NCBI GenBank assembly: GCA_904063045.1
Contig: CAJFCJ010000014.1
Location: forward strand, 2,167,643 to 2,231,642
From: Dimorphilus gyrociliatus
Lineage: Eukaryota > Animalia > Annelida
Direction of reading: 5' to 3'
DNA: 64,000 nt
The notes beneath the pieces were generated by a model. That model worked only from the letters and a program-made list of their open reading frames with translations. It made no database searches and had not been told where the DNA came from. The translations under genes and the position numbers were made by a program. Shown piece by piece: positions 24,889 through 39,120 of the stretch (positions are counted from its first letter, which is position 1; each line of letters opens with the position of its first letter).

Positions 24889-27800
24889 ATGGAAGAAAAA
24901 AATATGAAGGAGGAATCGGAATTAAAACGTTCTCTTGAATACGAAAGTTTTCTTGAAGAAATTGGTGAAGTTGGAAATTATCAGATAATGATTTATATTT
25001 TAACCGGATTGATAAATATCAGTTTTGCTGCTAATACATTAGGACCAGTTTTTATGTAGGTTATCAACTGCAATAATATAATATATATATACAGTATACT
25101 GTTTAATTAGTTTTGACGTATCCTTTTAATGATTAATATAATAGTAAAAATAACATACAATAAACATTAGAGGAAGTATGGGTAATCATTAACCGTAATA
25201 CTACTTCCCAAGCTAACTATAAGGATAAGGAAAACGGTGATTAGACAAGTATTTTTGATTACAGCAAATTGTTTACGTTTATTATATCATTAATCTTTTA
25301 TTTTATAATTTAGTAAATTCGAGTAAGACCTGAAATCTCTTTATCTTTCAAAACAGCAGGCTTCCTTTAGACTTTCATAAAACTCGGAAAAAAGTCTATT
25401 CCCAGTTCAATCGTTTGCTTCTAACTTCTAAATTTTCTAGACTTATTCCCCTTAAACGAATTTTATCCTCTATTTGCAAATGCTTGCATATATACATATC
25501 AAATGTTCATTAGTTTACTTTATTACATATAAACTGTATTTATTTCCTATATAATATAATAAACTTCATTCTTGAATAAATTACAGAGCTGCTGAACCGA
25601 AACATCATTGCAAGATCGATACAAACAATTCCTTCTCTCCCAATTATATATCTATGATGAAATTGAACAATAGTACAGAATACAATTTTTGTAAAATGTA
25701 CAAAAGTAATCAGAGTTCACTTGGGCAAAGTGTTTTCGATAGTGAAATCAGTTGTACCAATGGATCGGTTTATGATAAATCAGATTTTGTTGATACAATA
25801 ATTACTGAAGTATGAGTTCAATTTCTAATAAGTTAAATAGTGTAGAATAAATTTTTTCTTATCTTTCATAAATAAATCTATAAATTATTCAACAGTGGAA
25901 TTTAATTTGTGATAAAAAATACATTCAATTAATTCTATCAACAATATACTTTCTGGGTTTGATGGTTGGTGGTTTAATTTCCGGTTACATTTCAGACTTG
26001 TAAGAATCATTTTTTTATTTTATAATTATATAATAATCAATTAATAAGACAAGATTTATATTAAATAATTCTCTTTTAAAGATATGGAAGGAAAAAGATC
26101 CTATGTGGTTCAATAGTTTTGGAGTTGATATTTTCTTCAACGTTTGCTTTATTACCAAATATATATTTAATAGTAATATGGAGATTTATTATTGGAGTTT
26201 TAACGCTATCTATGATGATAGTAGGCTTTGTCTATTGTAAGTATATTTTTAAATATAACCTCTTTTACAGTAGTATCCCACAACGTTTACTTGTACACTG
26301 TATAGCATACTTTTAGTAAATACTATATTGTATTATTAGTATTTTTTACGTAGCCTATATTAGGTTGACTTGTTATTTACTTTCCAAACAATCATGTATA
26401 TTATATATTCAAGTTCTGGAGGTTTTGGCACCAAAATGGCGAGGATTGTTGGGAACAACGGGTGGATTGTTTTGGTCATTTTCCGTACTTTTGATGGGCA
26501 TTATAGCTTATGGTGTAAGATCTTGGAAAAATTTACAATGGGCCTTAACTATTCCGCGCTTTTTATATCTTTTCTATTTGTTGGTATAAACACATAAATA
26601 ACTTATTGACATATAAATATATTATATATTTATTAATAGCTTCCTACCGGAATCACCGAGATGGTTGTTTGTTAAAAATAAACCTAGCGATGGCAATAAA
26701 ATTCTAAATTTAATGATGAAATTTAACCGTAAAAAAATTGAAAATTTTGAAATTGTCATAAAAGTAAGTTTCTCAATGATAATAATTATTTAATTATTAA
26801 AATACCTTTGTTTTTTTTTTTTAAAAAAACAAAAAATATCTTTTTTACTTTACTTTTTCTTTTGTCGATAGCACGATCCGAAAAAAACAATATTCAATAT
26901 GTTATTAGTACCAGAATTACGTAATAGATTTATTTACGTATCAATTATATGGTGAGAAAAAATTTTTTATTAATTATTTTAATAAAAATATAACAAACTT
27001 AAGTTAAGGGAAAATATATAAATAATTAATAAGTTAATTCAGGTAGAAGATAAGATTTTCTATCTAATTATAGATTTACAATTGAATTCATTTTTTTAAA
27101 AATAGACTTTTTACTTTGTCGTTTATTTTATGCTTTTAAAGGGAAAATAAGAAGTGAAGGAGTTTAGCATTAACACAGATCTAGTAAAACATGACTCACA
27201 CTGTATAATAGACTTTTACAGTAGTACAGTATTGCAGCTACCTCTAGCAGACAAAAATTATTTTCATAATAATAGATAGAGATATATTAAAGGAATATAA
27301 CTTTGAATTAAATAATAACAATATGAAACTTAAGTAATTCCTTAAATTGTTGTCTTCCTATTTGCTAAGCTCTATGTGTTCTATAAATATACTACAGTAT
27401 AAATTTATATATATGTATATATATGCATATAGAAGAATCTATAACTTTGTACTATTACTGCATTAAAAGTCACGTTTAAGAGAAAATATTAAATTTAATA
27501 ATTTACTCTCTCTTTTCTCTTTCATTGTTCTAAATTTCTTTTCGTTATGTATTATAGTTGAAAAAGGGGAAATTGAATTTAAATAATCTAGATTTAAGAG
27601 GAAAAAGATTAAAATAAATATGATTTTGGTACACTATTTAATATGAACAGTGCACTTTTAAGTAAAATATTGAAATTAAAAGGTATTATTAACTATTAAT
27701 TATCAATGATATATATAGTAATGTACTATATGTAATGGTATATTGATTTATATTTTGTTACCTTCTTTTAGGAAAATGAATGTTATTTAAAACACAATTA

Positions 27801-28395
27801 TGCTGATAATAACTTTAGGTTTGCAAATTCTGGTGTTTACTATGGTCTTTCATTGATGAGTGGCGACTTTGAACAACCAATTCATATTGCCTTCATAATA
27901 TCTGGTCTTGTAGAGATAATAGGTACTTTGGTGGCGATCCCAGTAACCCATTTTATCGGTCGTAAATACCCAATTTGCTCAGCAATGCTCCTAGGAGGAA
28001 TATTTCTTTTGATTACCGTTTTTCTGTCTGACGATACAGTCATCTTTATCTTAGCAATGATTGGAAAATTGTCAATTTCTGTTAGTTTCATAATGATTTG
28101 GCTTTATACTGGAGAACTATTTCCTACGTCGGTTAGAAATTCTGTAGTTGGAGGTGCATCTTTCTTTGGTAGATTTGGTTCGGCGTTAAGTCCAGCAGTA
28201 GCCTATTCGGTATGTTTCAATGACCTTAATAAATAAATTATTGTTTTATGACAAAAAAAAACTGTTTAGGCAAAAACGCATAAAACACCAACGATCATAG
28301 TCTTGGGGTGTATTTCTTTCTCTGCTGGTCTAGTTGCACTCCTCTTACCTGAAACAAAGAATGCTCACCTTCCAGATACAGTTGATGAAGATTAG
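24889..28395 (+). CDS. SLC22: SLC22 organic cation/anion transporter (MFS)
   Basis: Exons 24889-25055, 25587-25809, 25896-25999, 26082-26236, 26414-26579, 26640-26763, 26872-26951, 27819-28209 and 28270-28395. Motifs IGEVGNYQ, HHC, TIITEWNLICD, SDLYGRK, LPESPRWL, YYGLSL, ELFPTSVRN and LLPETKNAHLPDT. Confidence 0.92.
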
Positions 28396-29584
28396 TTTTT
28401 TGGAAAGTATTCAAGTAGTTAGGATAATCTTATTTCTTTGAATTTTTTTAACTATATTTGTAAACCCTTATCATGCTATTAAAGTAGATAGTAGATGTTA
28501 CTAGTGACCGTTTTGAGCATTTAGATATTTTCATGTGAAGCACCATACATGTATAGGTTTTTTCTTAATTCTTATCTCTTTGTATCATGAAACATTTTCG
28601 CTAATTTTTAATCAAAAATATAAATAAAACCAGATCGAATTTTATGAGAAAAAAAGAAAAACAAAACAATTTTAAACTTAATGCGACAATCAGGATTTTG
28701 CAGCCGTCTCTCAAAGGATTTAAAATTTAAGATATTGCCTCTCCCTTAATATAAAGAGAAAGAAGAGAAACCACTCTTTCTCTTTAACTACTTAACCTTT
28801 AAAAAAAAGTACGTTAAAAAAAATCAATTAATCGATTTCTTTTTTTTTGTGAGAAGAAATCAGTAAAATGGAGAGAATGGATGAAAGATAAAAAGAACGA
28901 GAGACTTAGGGTGAGATGGATAGAAAATGATAATAGAAAAGAAGAATGCAATTATTTCTTTCTCAATATTTTTATTACTTAAATGTATATTTAGTTATCA
29001 AGATATCTTTACTTTTACGTTGATATTTATCAATAATACTTAAACTACTTGCTTTAAACATTTTACTATTTACTAGCGGTTTAATTATCTTCTTTATAGG
29101 TTAGAAAGTGCTAAATATTTATAAAACGTCGCTTCATTTTACGCAATTATACTGTATACATACAGTATAATATGTATGTTACAGTGATATTTTGGTTTAA
29201 GCAACATTTACCAAAATACAAATAAAACAAATAAATATAGAATAAATAATAACATACTGCACTAGAAACATTGAACTAGTGATATGTAAACTATTTAATC
29301 TTAATCAATCAATACGATATTATTGTTATAATACTGGAATATTAACTTTCCTATTTATTAACCTTTACATCTATATATCGCAGATCTTTTCAAATATATA
29401 CTTTGTTATATAAAAATGATGTTAGATTTTATAGGAATGTGAGTAAATAAAAATTTACACTAGATGGCATTGGAACTAATTCACAACGCTGTAATAAAAT
29501 ATTGATCGTGAACCGCACTAGAGTAGTCAGCTGTCTGCAAAGCATTCTACATGGTTTAAATATATAAATTGGTGCAATTTTATT

Positions 29585-32572
29585 ATGGCTTTTGAGCCTA
29601 AATTGAAACCTGAGGAAAGTCCATTTAGGTTCATCGATGAAAGTGCTGTAAACAGCCGGGTTGCAAGCAGAGCCGGAAGCAGGGACTTTCTGGAAAGCGA
29701 TAATGATTTAATAGACGAAAACTGTAAAGGTTCTATCGGTAAAGGTGAAAAAGGAAGACGACATGGAAGGAATATATCGTGTAGAACAGCATTTTACGTA
29801 CTGGTGGTCCTTTTATCATCTATTATAGCAGTAAGTATGACATTTTCTAAAGCATTCTACCAAAAATTCCTAATCTAGAGTTGGCAAAGTTAAAAGCAAA
29901 AAAGTAGAAAGGCAAGAAATTAAGAATATATTAAAGATATTTGCCAATTTACTATGGCTTAAACAGCTTTAGTATAAATTATATTTCACTTCTGATACTT
30001 GTATATTGGCGTAAGGGAGAAGCTGATATACGGGAAACGCATACAGTACGTTGTTTACGGATTACTAATGTAAACAGCGTACAAATATAGTATATGTATT
30101 AAAAATGAGGAACTTTTTATTAAATACTAATATATATAAAATACGATAGAATGCACCAAGCAGAATCAATAGTGTACGATTTATGAAAAAAAGAGCGAGA
30201 CATAGGGCGAATAAGAGAGAGAGAGAGAGAGAGAGAGAAAAGAGAGACACAGAGTATATACTCTATATATAAAACAGTATACATAGTATATACTATATAT
30301 ACTTGTGTATGCGTGTCTGTAAGTGAATAAAAGAGTTAGAAAGATAGAAAAATCATTGGTTCGAGGCAGTACGTGCAGAAAATGTTTTTACTCAAATAAA
30401 ATAAGTTGAAAAAGCTGCATCTACAGTATATTACTTTTCCAATATATATTTTTTATTCATTAGGAATCTTTCTCTTTTACTATAAAATAATAATAATAAT
30501 AGTAATAATATTAATAATTAATATAAAACGTTGATAATATGGCAATGTTCACATTTTTAATATTACGAACAAGGCCTTTTAACAATCTTATTCTGGAATT
30601 CTTTAAATATATTGTACTATTGTAGGCGCTACACTTGATATTATAAAAGTTTTATCATCTTTGTTATACTTATATACGATTATTATTATATTATATATCT
30701 TTCCCTATATCCAAATATTTATTATAAGTGCTTTATAAATGAATATTTACAAGATATTCAGACATCTACAGACATACACACCAATTTATATCTATATACA
30801 CGTATATACTATATATATATCTATATATATAGTCATATTTTATGAAATATTGCATTCTTGATATATAAAGGCAATTGTTAAAAATTGTCAAATAAGTCTG
30901 AAATAAAGTGGCAATTGGATAAATAATGAGATTTTAAATCGAATACGAATTTTCCGTTTAGATCCCCTTTAAGTGTTGGTGACAGGAAAATCTATAGTCG
31001 AATAAGATCTAAATTTATGCATGAATTCCCATTTTCTTACTACCGATTTACTATGCAGTAAATATCTGATAGGTATCGGAAATTGTCTAGATATGTCAAT
31101 AGAAAAAAATCGCTTATTCCTTTCTTTCTCTTTGTCTTTTTTCATTTGAGGAGGATGGGAGAGAATTTAAGAATCATTCCCTTTTTTTTTGTTAAATCAA
31201 TCATATTTATAACTTTTACTTTTTTAAAAATAATCAATAAAATAATGTTTCTGATTATAATATTATCAGTTTTACAATCTTTACGTTTCTATAGGGTATC
31301 AATGCTGGTCTTCTGGCTCCTGCTCTCCTCGATCTCTCCGCTCAAGTCAATGCGTCAGTTTATGATACATCAAAGGTATTCATTTGGCGCGGAGGAGCAT
31401 CCATTTTGGCCAGCGTAGTATTTGGGCTATTATTGGATTGCTTACATTATCCTTTAGTGTTGGCAATAACTCTTTTAATCCAAGGAGGAAGCGTTATAGC
31501 TTCGGGATGGTGGAAGAACCTTCTAGGAATGTGTGCCCTACAGGGTTTGGCTGGTTTCTGCAATGGGGGTTTATGTACTGGTAATATAATGTTGGGTCTA
31601 CGCCTCTTCGGTAAGAAATCAAAGGAAATGATTCAAGCAGTAAACGTTGCATTTTTATTTGGTTTGGGAATAATTCCCTTTATTGTCGAGCCATTTGTTT
31701 CGCAAATATCGAATAAGTACAATCAAGAAACCAACTCAACTAAATGTCCAATAAAATATTTCAATATTTCGTCGAATACCAGTGGAATAAGCCAACCGCA
31801 GGAGTCGAGGATACCTTATGCCTTCTTCATCACTGGATTATTAACTTCGTTACTATTTATTCCTTTCTCTATTTTGTTTTGTCTAAGCGAATTTCAAATA
31901 CTGAGGAGAAAGAAAGGCGTAATTGACAAAAAACCTGGTGAAAGAAAGGATGATTCATGGAATGTTTACAAGGCCTTTAGCCTTTTCTTTATATCATGCC
32001 TATTGGCTTTAGGAGGAAGTTTCGACTATAGTTTCTCCGCTCTTTTCATGCACGTTTTGGTCAATCATCTGTGCTGGGATAAGGAATTGAGTACCATAGT
32101 ACTAGGCGTTTATCAAATGTCTAAAGTGATATTTAATTTTTTCTCCATATTCGCTGTAAGGTGCATAAAACCTTCGAAACTCGTTCTCATTGATTTCCTA
32201 ATTATGCTTCCATCCGCTGGAATATTGACTCTTGCCCTCGAAAGATGGCCGTTTATACCATGGCTTTGCTCAGTTTTGTTTGCTTTTGGTATGTCGAATC
32301 TATATTCCTCTCTAATGTCATTCGAGGATACGGGCTTACCAAAATCTGGAAAAGTTGCAGGAGTCTATAACATTGCTGTTTGTACTGGAATGATGATAAT
32401 GCCACCGATAGCAGCTCTTATCCTAGCTGATTTTGGAATGTTCATGTTCAAGCTAACGTATTTGGCCATAGTTTCATTATTTTTCGTTTTCTACCTGGCT
32501 GTGAAGATCGTTTTGTACTTTCAGAATAGAAAATATAGGCTTATACGAACTGTAAAAGACGCTAATAGTTAG
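29585..32572 (+). CDS. MFSD4-like: MFS transporter, MFSD4/NAGLT1 (sodium-dependent glucose transporter 1)-like
   Basis: Exon 29585-29830 (GCA|gtaagt) joins exon 31295-32572 in phase 0, giving SSIIA-GINAGLLAPALLDLS..SKVFIWRGG, as in MFSD4-type TM1-2. About 12 hydrophobic segments. The ORF track splits this gene into two ORFs. Confidence 0.8.
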
Positions 32573-32816
32573 GTCTAAATGTTTTATCCATGAAAATTAA
32601 TTGTGTTTTTGTATATAATGAAAGTGACGAGAAAGAAATTTTTCACTTAGATGTTCAATGTAAAAATATAGACCAAGAATTTTACACGAAAGATATACTG
32701 TATATAATATGCTAATATATAAAAACAACAAAGCAAAGGTAAATATATAACTTTACAGATTAATAATAAAGCTAAATAAATGAAATAATATAGACTTGTA
32801 TTGTTATGTTGTTTAT

Positions 32817-32820
<4 letters not shown>

Positions 32821-32857
<37 letters not shown>
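32821..32857. repeat. (TAA)12 microsatellite
   Basis: Perfect trinucleotide run downstream of the MFSD4-like stop. Confidence 0.95.
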
Positions 32858-32858
<1 letters not shown>

Positions 32859-33204
32859 CAGTAGGTATTAGCAATAAAAAATGCAAAAGAAAAGAGGAAA
32901 GATGGCCTTTAAGTAACAGTTACTGTCTAATCTAGGTGTATAGTATTTCTTTTCATTTCTGTTAACCTATTAGAACATATATATATATATATAATTTATA
33001 TATTGTATATATAAAGATATTTGTAATTTATTCAGGTTATAAGCTTTTTTATTGGTTGGTTTTCTTTTTAATTAGAGAAATGAACCTTCTTATAATAAAA
33101 AAGAAGAAAAAGGGAAAATGTACTGAATATTACTTATCTTTTGTTTTTTTTATATAATCCTTTCTCTCATTTCAAATTGGTTATTACATTAAAAATCCTC
33201 TAAG

Positions 33205-33207
<3 letters not shown>

Positions 33208-33246
<39 letters not shown>
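33208..33246. repeat. (AT)n microsatellite
   Basis: About 19 perfect AT units. Confidence 0.95.
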
Positions 33247-33249
<3 letters not shown>

Positions 33250-34213
33250 CTTCTAGCAAATTTCTAGGAAAGTCCTCTATTTGTACTAACTGTTATACCT
33301 ACAAATACCCACTTCTCTTCCACACACTTATAGCTATCTCTCTCTCCCTCCTCTCATTCTCTCTCTTATGCACTCTCTCTCTCTCTCTCTCTCTCCTTTG
33401 CTCTCTTCTATCTGCCCATCTTCGTAAATCTAGTTGATAGAAAGAGAAAAAACATTGCCAGCAGTCACGTTTACTTAAAAAGAAATAATAATAATTTTTA
33501 TATTACGAAGATAACGAGAAAATTTAAGGGGAAAAAATTGACATGTTATATAGAGAATTTATTAAACATAAATACGAAATGATATATCCATTTATATCTA
33601 TATTAGATGCATTTGAAGATGAAAGAATGTAAACGAATTCATTAAATATAAGAACTGGGAATTTCTTATAAACGATATATAGGAACGAAAACTTTGGCAA
33701 AAAGACTTGGGAAAAATCAATGTCAAGAATGTTCAGGATATTATGTCTTCCAGTCGTTCGAGTAAGTGCACAGATGAGTATAAATCTAATAAGGGATACT
33801 ATAAGAAAAATAAGAAGACGAAAATTGCAAGGTGATTCAGGAAAAGAGCGAAAAGAATAGAGAGTAGGTGGAGAGCATAAGTGGGCTAAGGCTGTCGTTT
33901 TATCAAAGTACTTTCTTTCAGAAAGAAGAAAAGAGTTAAAATTAGTTGAAATAGAAGGAAAGAGAAGGAAAATGAAAAAGGAAAGGATGAAGCATTCCAT
34001 AAAGAAAGAAAAAGACATTATTTTTAGAGAATATTTTAGACTTAATCTTTTAAAGTATACTTATTTCGTTTGCATGACAAACTAAATTATCTGTTAAATG
34101 AAATAAACATAGTAAACAAGAGATAAGAAACGGATTCATCTTAATCGAACTTGCAGCTGCATCGGTTCATTTACTACTATTCTTTCGAATCATTAGCTTT
34201 TGTAGACGAAAAC

Positions 34214-35350
34214 ATGACAACCCTTTTTATTGTAACTGAATTTATCTTCATGACAATTATTGTCGTCGAAAATGGTCTTGTTCTTATAGCCTTTGTTAAG
34301 AATAAGAAATTAAGGTCAGTTCTTACACACTATTATCTCATACAATTGGCTTTGACAAATTTAGCAACTGGTGCCTTCCTAAGTGTGCATATAGCTTCTC
34401 TATGGCGTCCTGCGTGGTTTGAACCTAGAGTTGGTTGCGCAGTGAGATACCTGGTAATGGTTGTACCTTTTGCAATGAGTATGCAAACGTTGTTGGCTAT
34501 AACCTTTGACAGATTCATAGCAGTTGTTTTACCTTTCTTTTACCGAAGAAATGTTTCTAGAAAGGGTATAATCGTACTCTGTACAATTATTAACGTAGGA
34601 TCCATTCTACTATTTGGAGTATTACCAGTATCCGTATCTAAAAGTCGAGATGGTAGGGATGATTATGCAAATACTAGCAAATTGTCATAATAATATAGCT
34701 ATTATAGGAATATAAAAGTTATAACGAACTGTATTCATTTGTATGTCAAAAATTTTTATCTATATATCTATATAGTATTCTCTAGTATACGTTTTATAAC
34801 AAACTATATAAATCTATAAAACGACATTACGTAATAAATACTTTTTAAGAATAACGTCGAATATGTAAAGAATAAGGAAAGAGAGAAAGAAATATAGACA
34901 TATAGACAGTGTAAATAACAAAGGAAGAGAGCCAAGGAACCTTTTATTTGTCTGTAGTCTATGATATATTAATTTGAATTTTTCTTTCATTTTACTTAAA
35001 AAAGAATGGATAGAAAGGAAGGCCAAATAGTTATCCGATGCTGCCACCTATCGACTAACCAGGAAACTAAGTATTTTTATTATAGCAAAGAGATACCCTA
35101 GAGGATAACCGACTAAACAATAATACAAAGCTGTCAAGATTTATGTTTTTTTAATTTTCTATTAATTCTTTTATTTGGTATTTTTCTCAATTTATCCCTA
35201 TAATTCTTTCCCCCTCTCTCTCTCCCTCTCTCTGTGTCTATCTCCCTTAAGCAGAATAAATAATTAATTCATACTTCTACTTTAGATAAGATAGTTAGTT
35301 TCTTTAATATGAAATAAATAATCTGTCCAAATACTAGACCACTTTATAAG

Positions 35351-35381
<31 letters not shown>

Positions 35382-36129
35382 ACGATAAAGATGTAGATTG
35401 TCAATTATGATAAAATATTAAACTATTGTAGACATACAAGTAATCAAAGCAATAGATTTTTAATTAATATTTAGCTTCTAGAATTGATAATCATCCCAAA
35501 AATTTAAAGGTGAAAAATGTGAAATGAAAACGATTTTCTCAGAGATGTATGTTAAAGCTTTTCTACTTCCGATTTCTCTTTTATTGGTTTTATTAAAAAT
35601 ATTTTTATACATAGTCATTTTCTATACGAGTTGGCGAAGAGTTGAAAAAATGTCTAAATTTGCGGAGGATACACCAAGGTCAATATTCAATAGAGCATTA
35701 CAAAAGAGTCATATGAGAACAACAAAAATGAGTGCAGTTGTTCTTGCAGTTTTCCTTGGGTGTTGGATGCCTTTTAATATCTATTTATGGTGTGAATACT
35801 ACGGTAGGAAGAAAATAAGCCAAATAGTAATATTAATAGTTTTTCAAATACTATTATTAAATTCCGTCTTAAATCCATTAATCTATTGTTTTGGTTTGCA
35901 AATGTTCAAGAAAGAACTTAAAATAATTATCTGTTGCCGTAAATTTAGTAATGAAAATAATAACAATAATCATAATAACATTGGAAATTCTAGACCAAGT
36001 ATACCAACTTTACAAAGAGGAATTTCAAATTCTTCATTGGTTACATGGATTAATCGAATTAAACCAGAAGATATAAGATCTCGGTCGAGTCTTACAAAGA
36101 AGTCATCTTTTAAACTTAGTCCTGATTAA
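34214..36129 (+). CDS. Class A GPCR, orphan (adenosine/aminergic-like motifs)
   Basis: Exons 34214-34652 and 35510-36129 (phase 1) give KSRD-GEKCEM. Motifs VENGLV, LALTNL, ECL1 W, TM3 C, DRF, TM6 FLGCWMPF and TM7 NSVLNPLIY. The true start could be further upstream. Confidence 0.88.
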
Positions 36130-36759
36130 AACAATACAATAATATTATGTATATATAACTTGTATATAATGTTACAGTTGTACATCATGTAGAATTAGTA
36201 TTTATACATGTTTCTTCTATTTAAGTGTTAAGATGCTAGTAAAGACACTTTTGTCCTAAACTCGTTTATTTTTTTATTTTATTTTATTTACTCTGTATAA
36301 TTGTTATCTTCTTTTATTATTCTATTTTAGAACAAGAAGAAGGAAAAGAAAAAGGAGAAGAAAAAAATTATACACTGATACGAATATTATTATTAATACA
36401 ATACAACTCATCTATAATACTTTTTTATGTAAACAGAACAGGAGAGACAGAGAAAGAGAAAGAAAGAGAAAGGAAAAGAAAGTGTAACAACGTTTTTTCA
36501 CTGGAACAAAGACAAAGAAAAATAAAAAAGTAAATAGTTGCCAATCATACATTTTCTAAGGTTTACCTGTCTTTGGTTTTTCTTTATTTTTTTAATTATT
36601 CTTTTTACCAAGTGTTTATAATAAATTATAGAAAAAGAAATAAATTCAATATACAAAAATCTTTTATTATAGATTATAAGTCATACATCTTCTCTTAGTT
36701 TAATTAACGATTTCTAACTTGTTCTCTATTTCGTTACACTAATGATAATTAGATTGTCT

Positions 36760-37467
36760 CTAGAAGGATAAACCAAAAATAACACCAAGCAATATTCCAA
36801 TGACAACCCATAAAATAATTCCGATTCCTATGCTAATTAAAGTCAGACTTCTAGCGCTTTTAGCATTTGCCTTAGCAGATGACAGATTTCCTCTTTGTAG
36901 GGCTCGTCGCGTCTGTTAAAATTATATTAAAAGTTAATTTCCTAGGATTTCTAACACGATTAAGGTATCTAATTTAAGAATCTATCGCAAAAACAGAGAA
37001 TTTATTTTCTTGCTCTCTCTTCCTTTTTTTCGTCACTGGAAAAGCAATTTCCATAGCTCTATTTAACTTTCCGTTACTAAGAGATTTCTTAATTTAAACG
37101 TAAACTACAATTTCCCCCTTTGTTGGATGATACTTTCTAGACAAATTTTCTTGTAAAACATTTCCATATTTGAACTTCCTTATTACTTAACTCTCGATGG
37201 TTGAGTCGTTAAATAGTGATTGTACTAGAATTTTGGTAGATGAATATTCATACTTATTACGTATTGTGTAAAACATTCAAGACAAACCCTAAGGGAACTG
37301 ACAAGAGCTCCAACTCCAATTGGCCAAAAGCAAAAAAAGGTGGTAAAGAGAGCCAAAGCTACACTATAATTTGGTATAGTATCTTGCGTTTCTCCATTAC
37401 ATTCTGACTCATGAAGAACGATGGTATTCTCTTCATTGATGTTTGGTATTTCAATGTTTGTCTGCAT
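36760..37467 (-). CDS. CD225/dispanin family protein (PRRT1/TMEM233/IFITM-like)
   Basis: Exon 37467-37288 (PNYSVALALFTTFFCFWPIGVGALVSSLR) plus exon 36912-36760 (TRRALQRGNLSSAKANAKSARSLTLISIGIGIILWVVIG...), 110 aa. Shows the CD225 CxxPxG motif, A..A...AR linker and conserved intron position. Confidence 0.88.
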
Positions 37468-38509
37468 TAGGCTAAAATTGATAATAGGTGATAAATGTTA
37501 GTAAAATAATTAAATATGTAAATGTAAATATCCTTATAAAAGCATATAATGTCTTTTATATATAGCTGTGTAAATAGACAGTTTTACTATTGTAGATATA
37601 CATATATACAGTATAAACAGTGCATATAGTATATATATTATATAAACTACAAGAAGAATTGACAATAAAGTAATGCGTTACATGGTTTTTTTTTAATAAT
37701 TTAGTTTATTTTCTTTATTTTAATTAATAAGAAAGGTCTATACTTACAAGTATTAAAAAAAAAACTGTATCCTTTCTTCTCCTTCTTCAATTCTCTTTTT
37801 TTTAAATATTTAAATATTGTTTTTATACTACCAGAGATAATATCTCAAATATTTCTAGCATAACTCCTTCGGATTTGTTCTTGCGCTTACATCCTACTTT
37901 CTTACTGAATCTAAACGGTTCAGTGTGCGAGGAAGTTCCTACCTAATATTGACCTAATACGCCATCTATGTCTTGTTTCTAGCATAAATTTGGAAAGAAA
38001 AGAAAAAGAGGGAGGAGGAGAAGAAGGTGACCAAGTAGAAGAATGGAAGAATGTGGAAAAGGGGGAATAAGTAAAAGACGAGAGAATGATATGAATATTT
38101 TTGATTATTATTAGTTAAGTGGGTATTGTTAATGAAATAATTTGTAAAATCATTTTTTATCTCTTGTGAATATTTCATTGAGAAAAGAAGATTAATTAAA
38201 ATATGTAAGGAATGTTATTTGATCTGGCTGAACATTTTGTCATGACATCATATTAATCATTTTTTCTTCGATATCTCTCTATATAGATACAAAATGTATA
38301 TAAGGTAGTTATTCAAATACGGTTTATATATATTGCCATTGTTATTGACTAATGGTAAATGGTTTAGGCTTTTAGTCCAACATTAATTTTCCCGAAACAG
38401 GACGTTTCAAAATGGTAAATTATAGAAGAAAATAGAGAAAATCTCTCTTAAAAGTTAGCAATTCAAATCGCTTATTTTGTTTTACATTTTTACTGTTATA
38501 GGATAAATG

Positions 38510-39120
38510 AATGTTGAATCTATTAACAAAAACCAATAGAAAAAAAATAACTGCTTTTTTTTATGTTTTTCTTTCTTTTTCTTTACTTTTTTCACGACAT
38601 TGTGTTAAATATTTTTTTGTGAATTTTTTTCGATTTTGCACTTTTGAAACATTGAAACAAAAAAAAAGAGAGGAAAAAAAAAAAGAAAAAAACGAATAAG
38701 AAAAAAGGTTTTTTCTTGTTTTTTCAATTATGTTTTTCTTTAAAACTTTTACAATTCTTTTTTAATCTTTTAGAAGAGAAATTTTTTTGTTTTTTAACTT
38801 TTGTTTTATGCTTTTTTTTTAATTTTCTTTTTTTGTATATTTATATATAAATAATGTATTTAATAATAATCTTTCACTTTTTCCTTATATATATCTTTGT
38901 TTATGTTTTATTATAGCTATTAAATTATTAATTATCTTTATAGAATACTAATTTTAAAAACTTTTCTTCATATCGTTTTTTTATTTTTTTTTTTTCTTCT
39001 TCATCTTGTAATTTATTTACTTTTTTGTTTATGTTGGTTGTTTATTTGTTGATTTTTGTGTTATATGTTAATTTTTTTTTTAGTTCTTTTTAGATTTATG
39101 TAGTTTTTTTTTTTTTTTTT
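38510..39120. repeat. Low-complexity T/A homopolymer-rich tract, probable 3' UTR of the peptide gene
   Basis: Dense poly-T and poly-A runs, ending in a T17 run that abuts the peptide stop codon. Confidence 0.7.

Noticed and set aside
32647-32886. 79-aa ORF with a poly-Leu signal-like stretch
   Set aside because: The Leu run is simply the (TAA)n microsatellite read on the minus strand.
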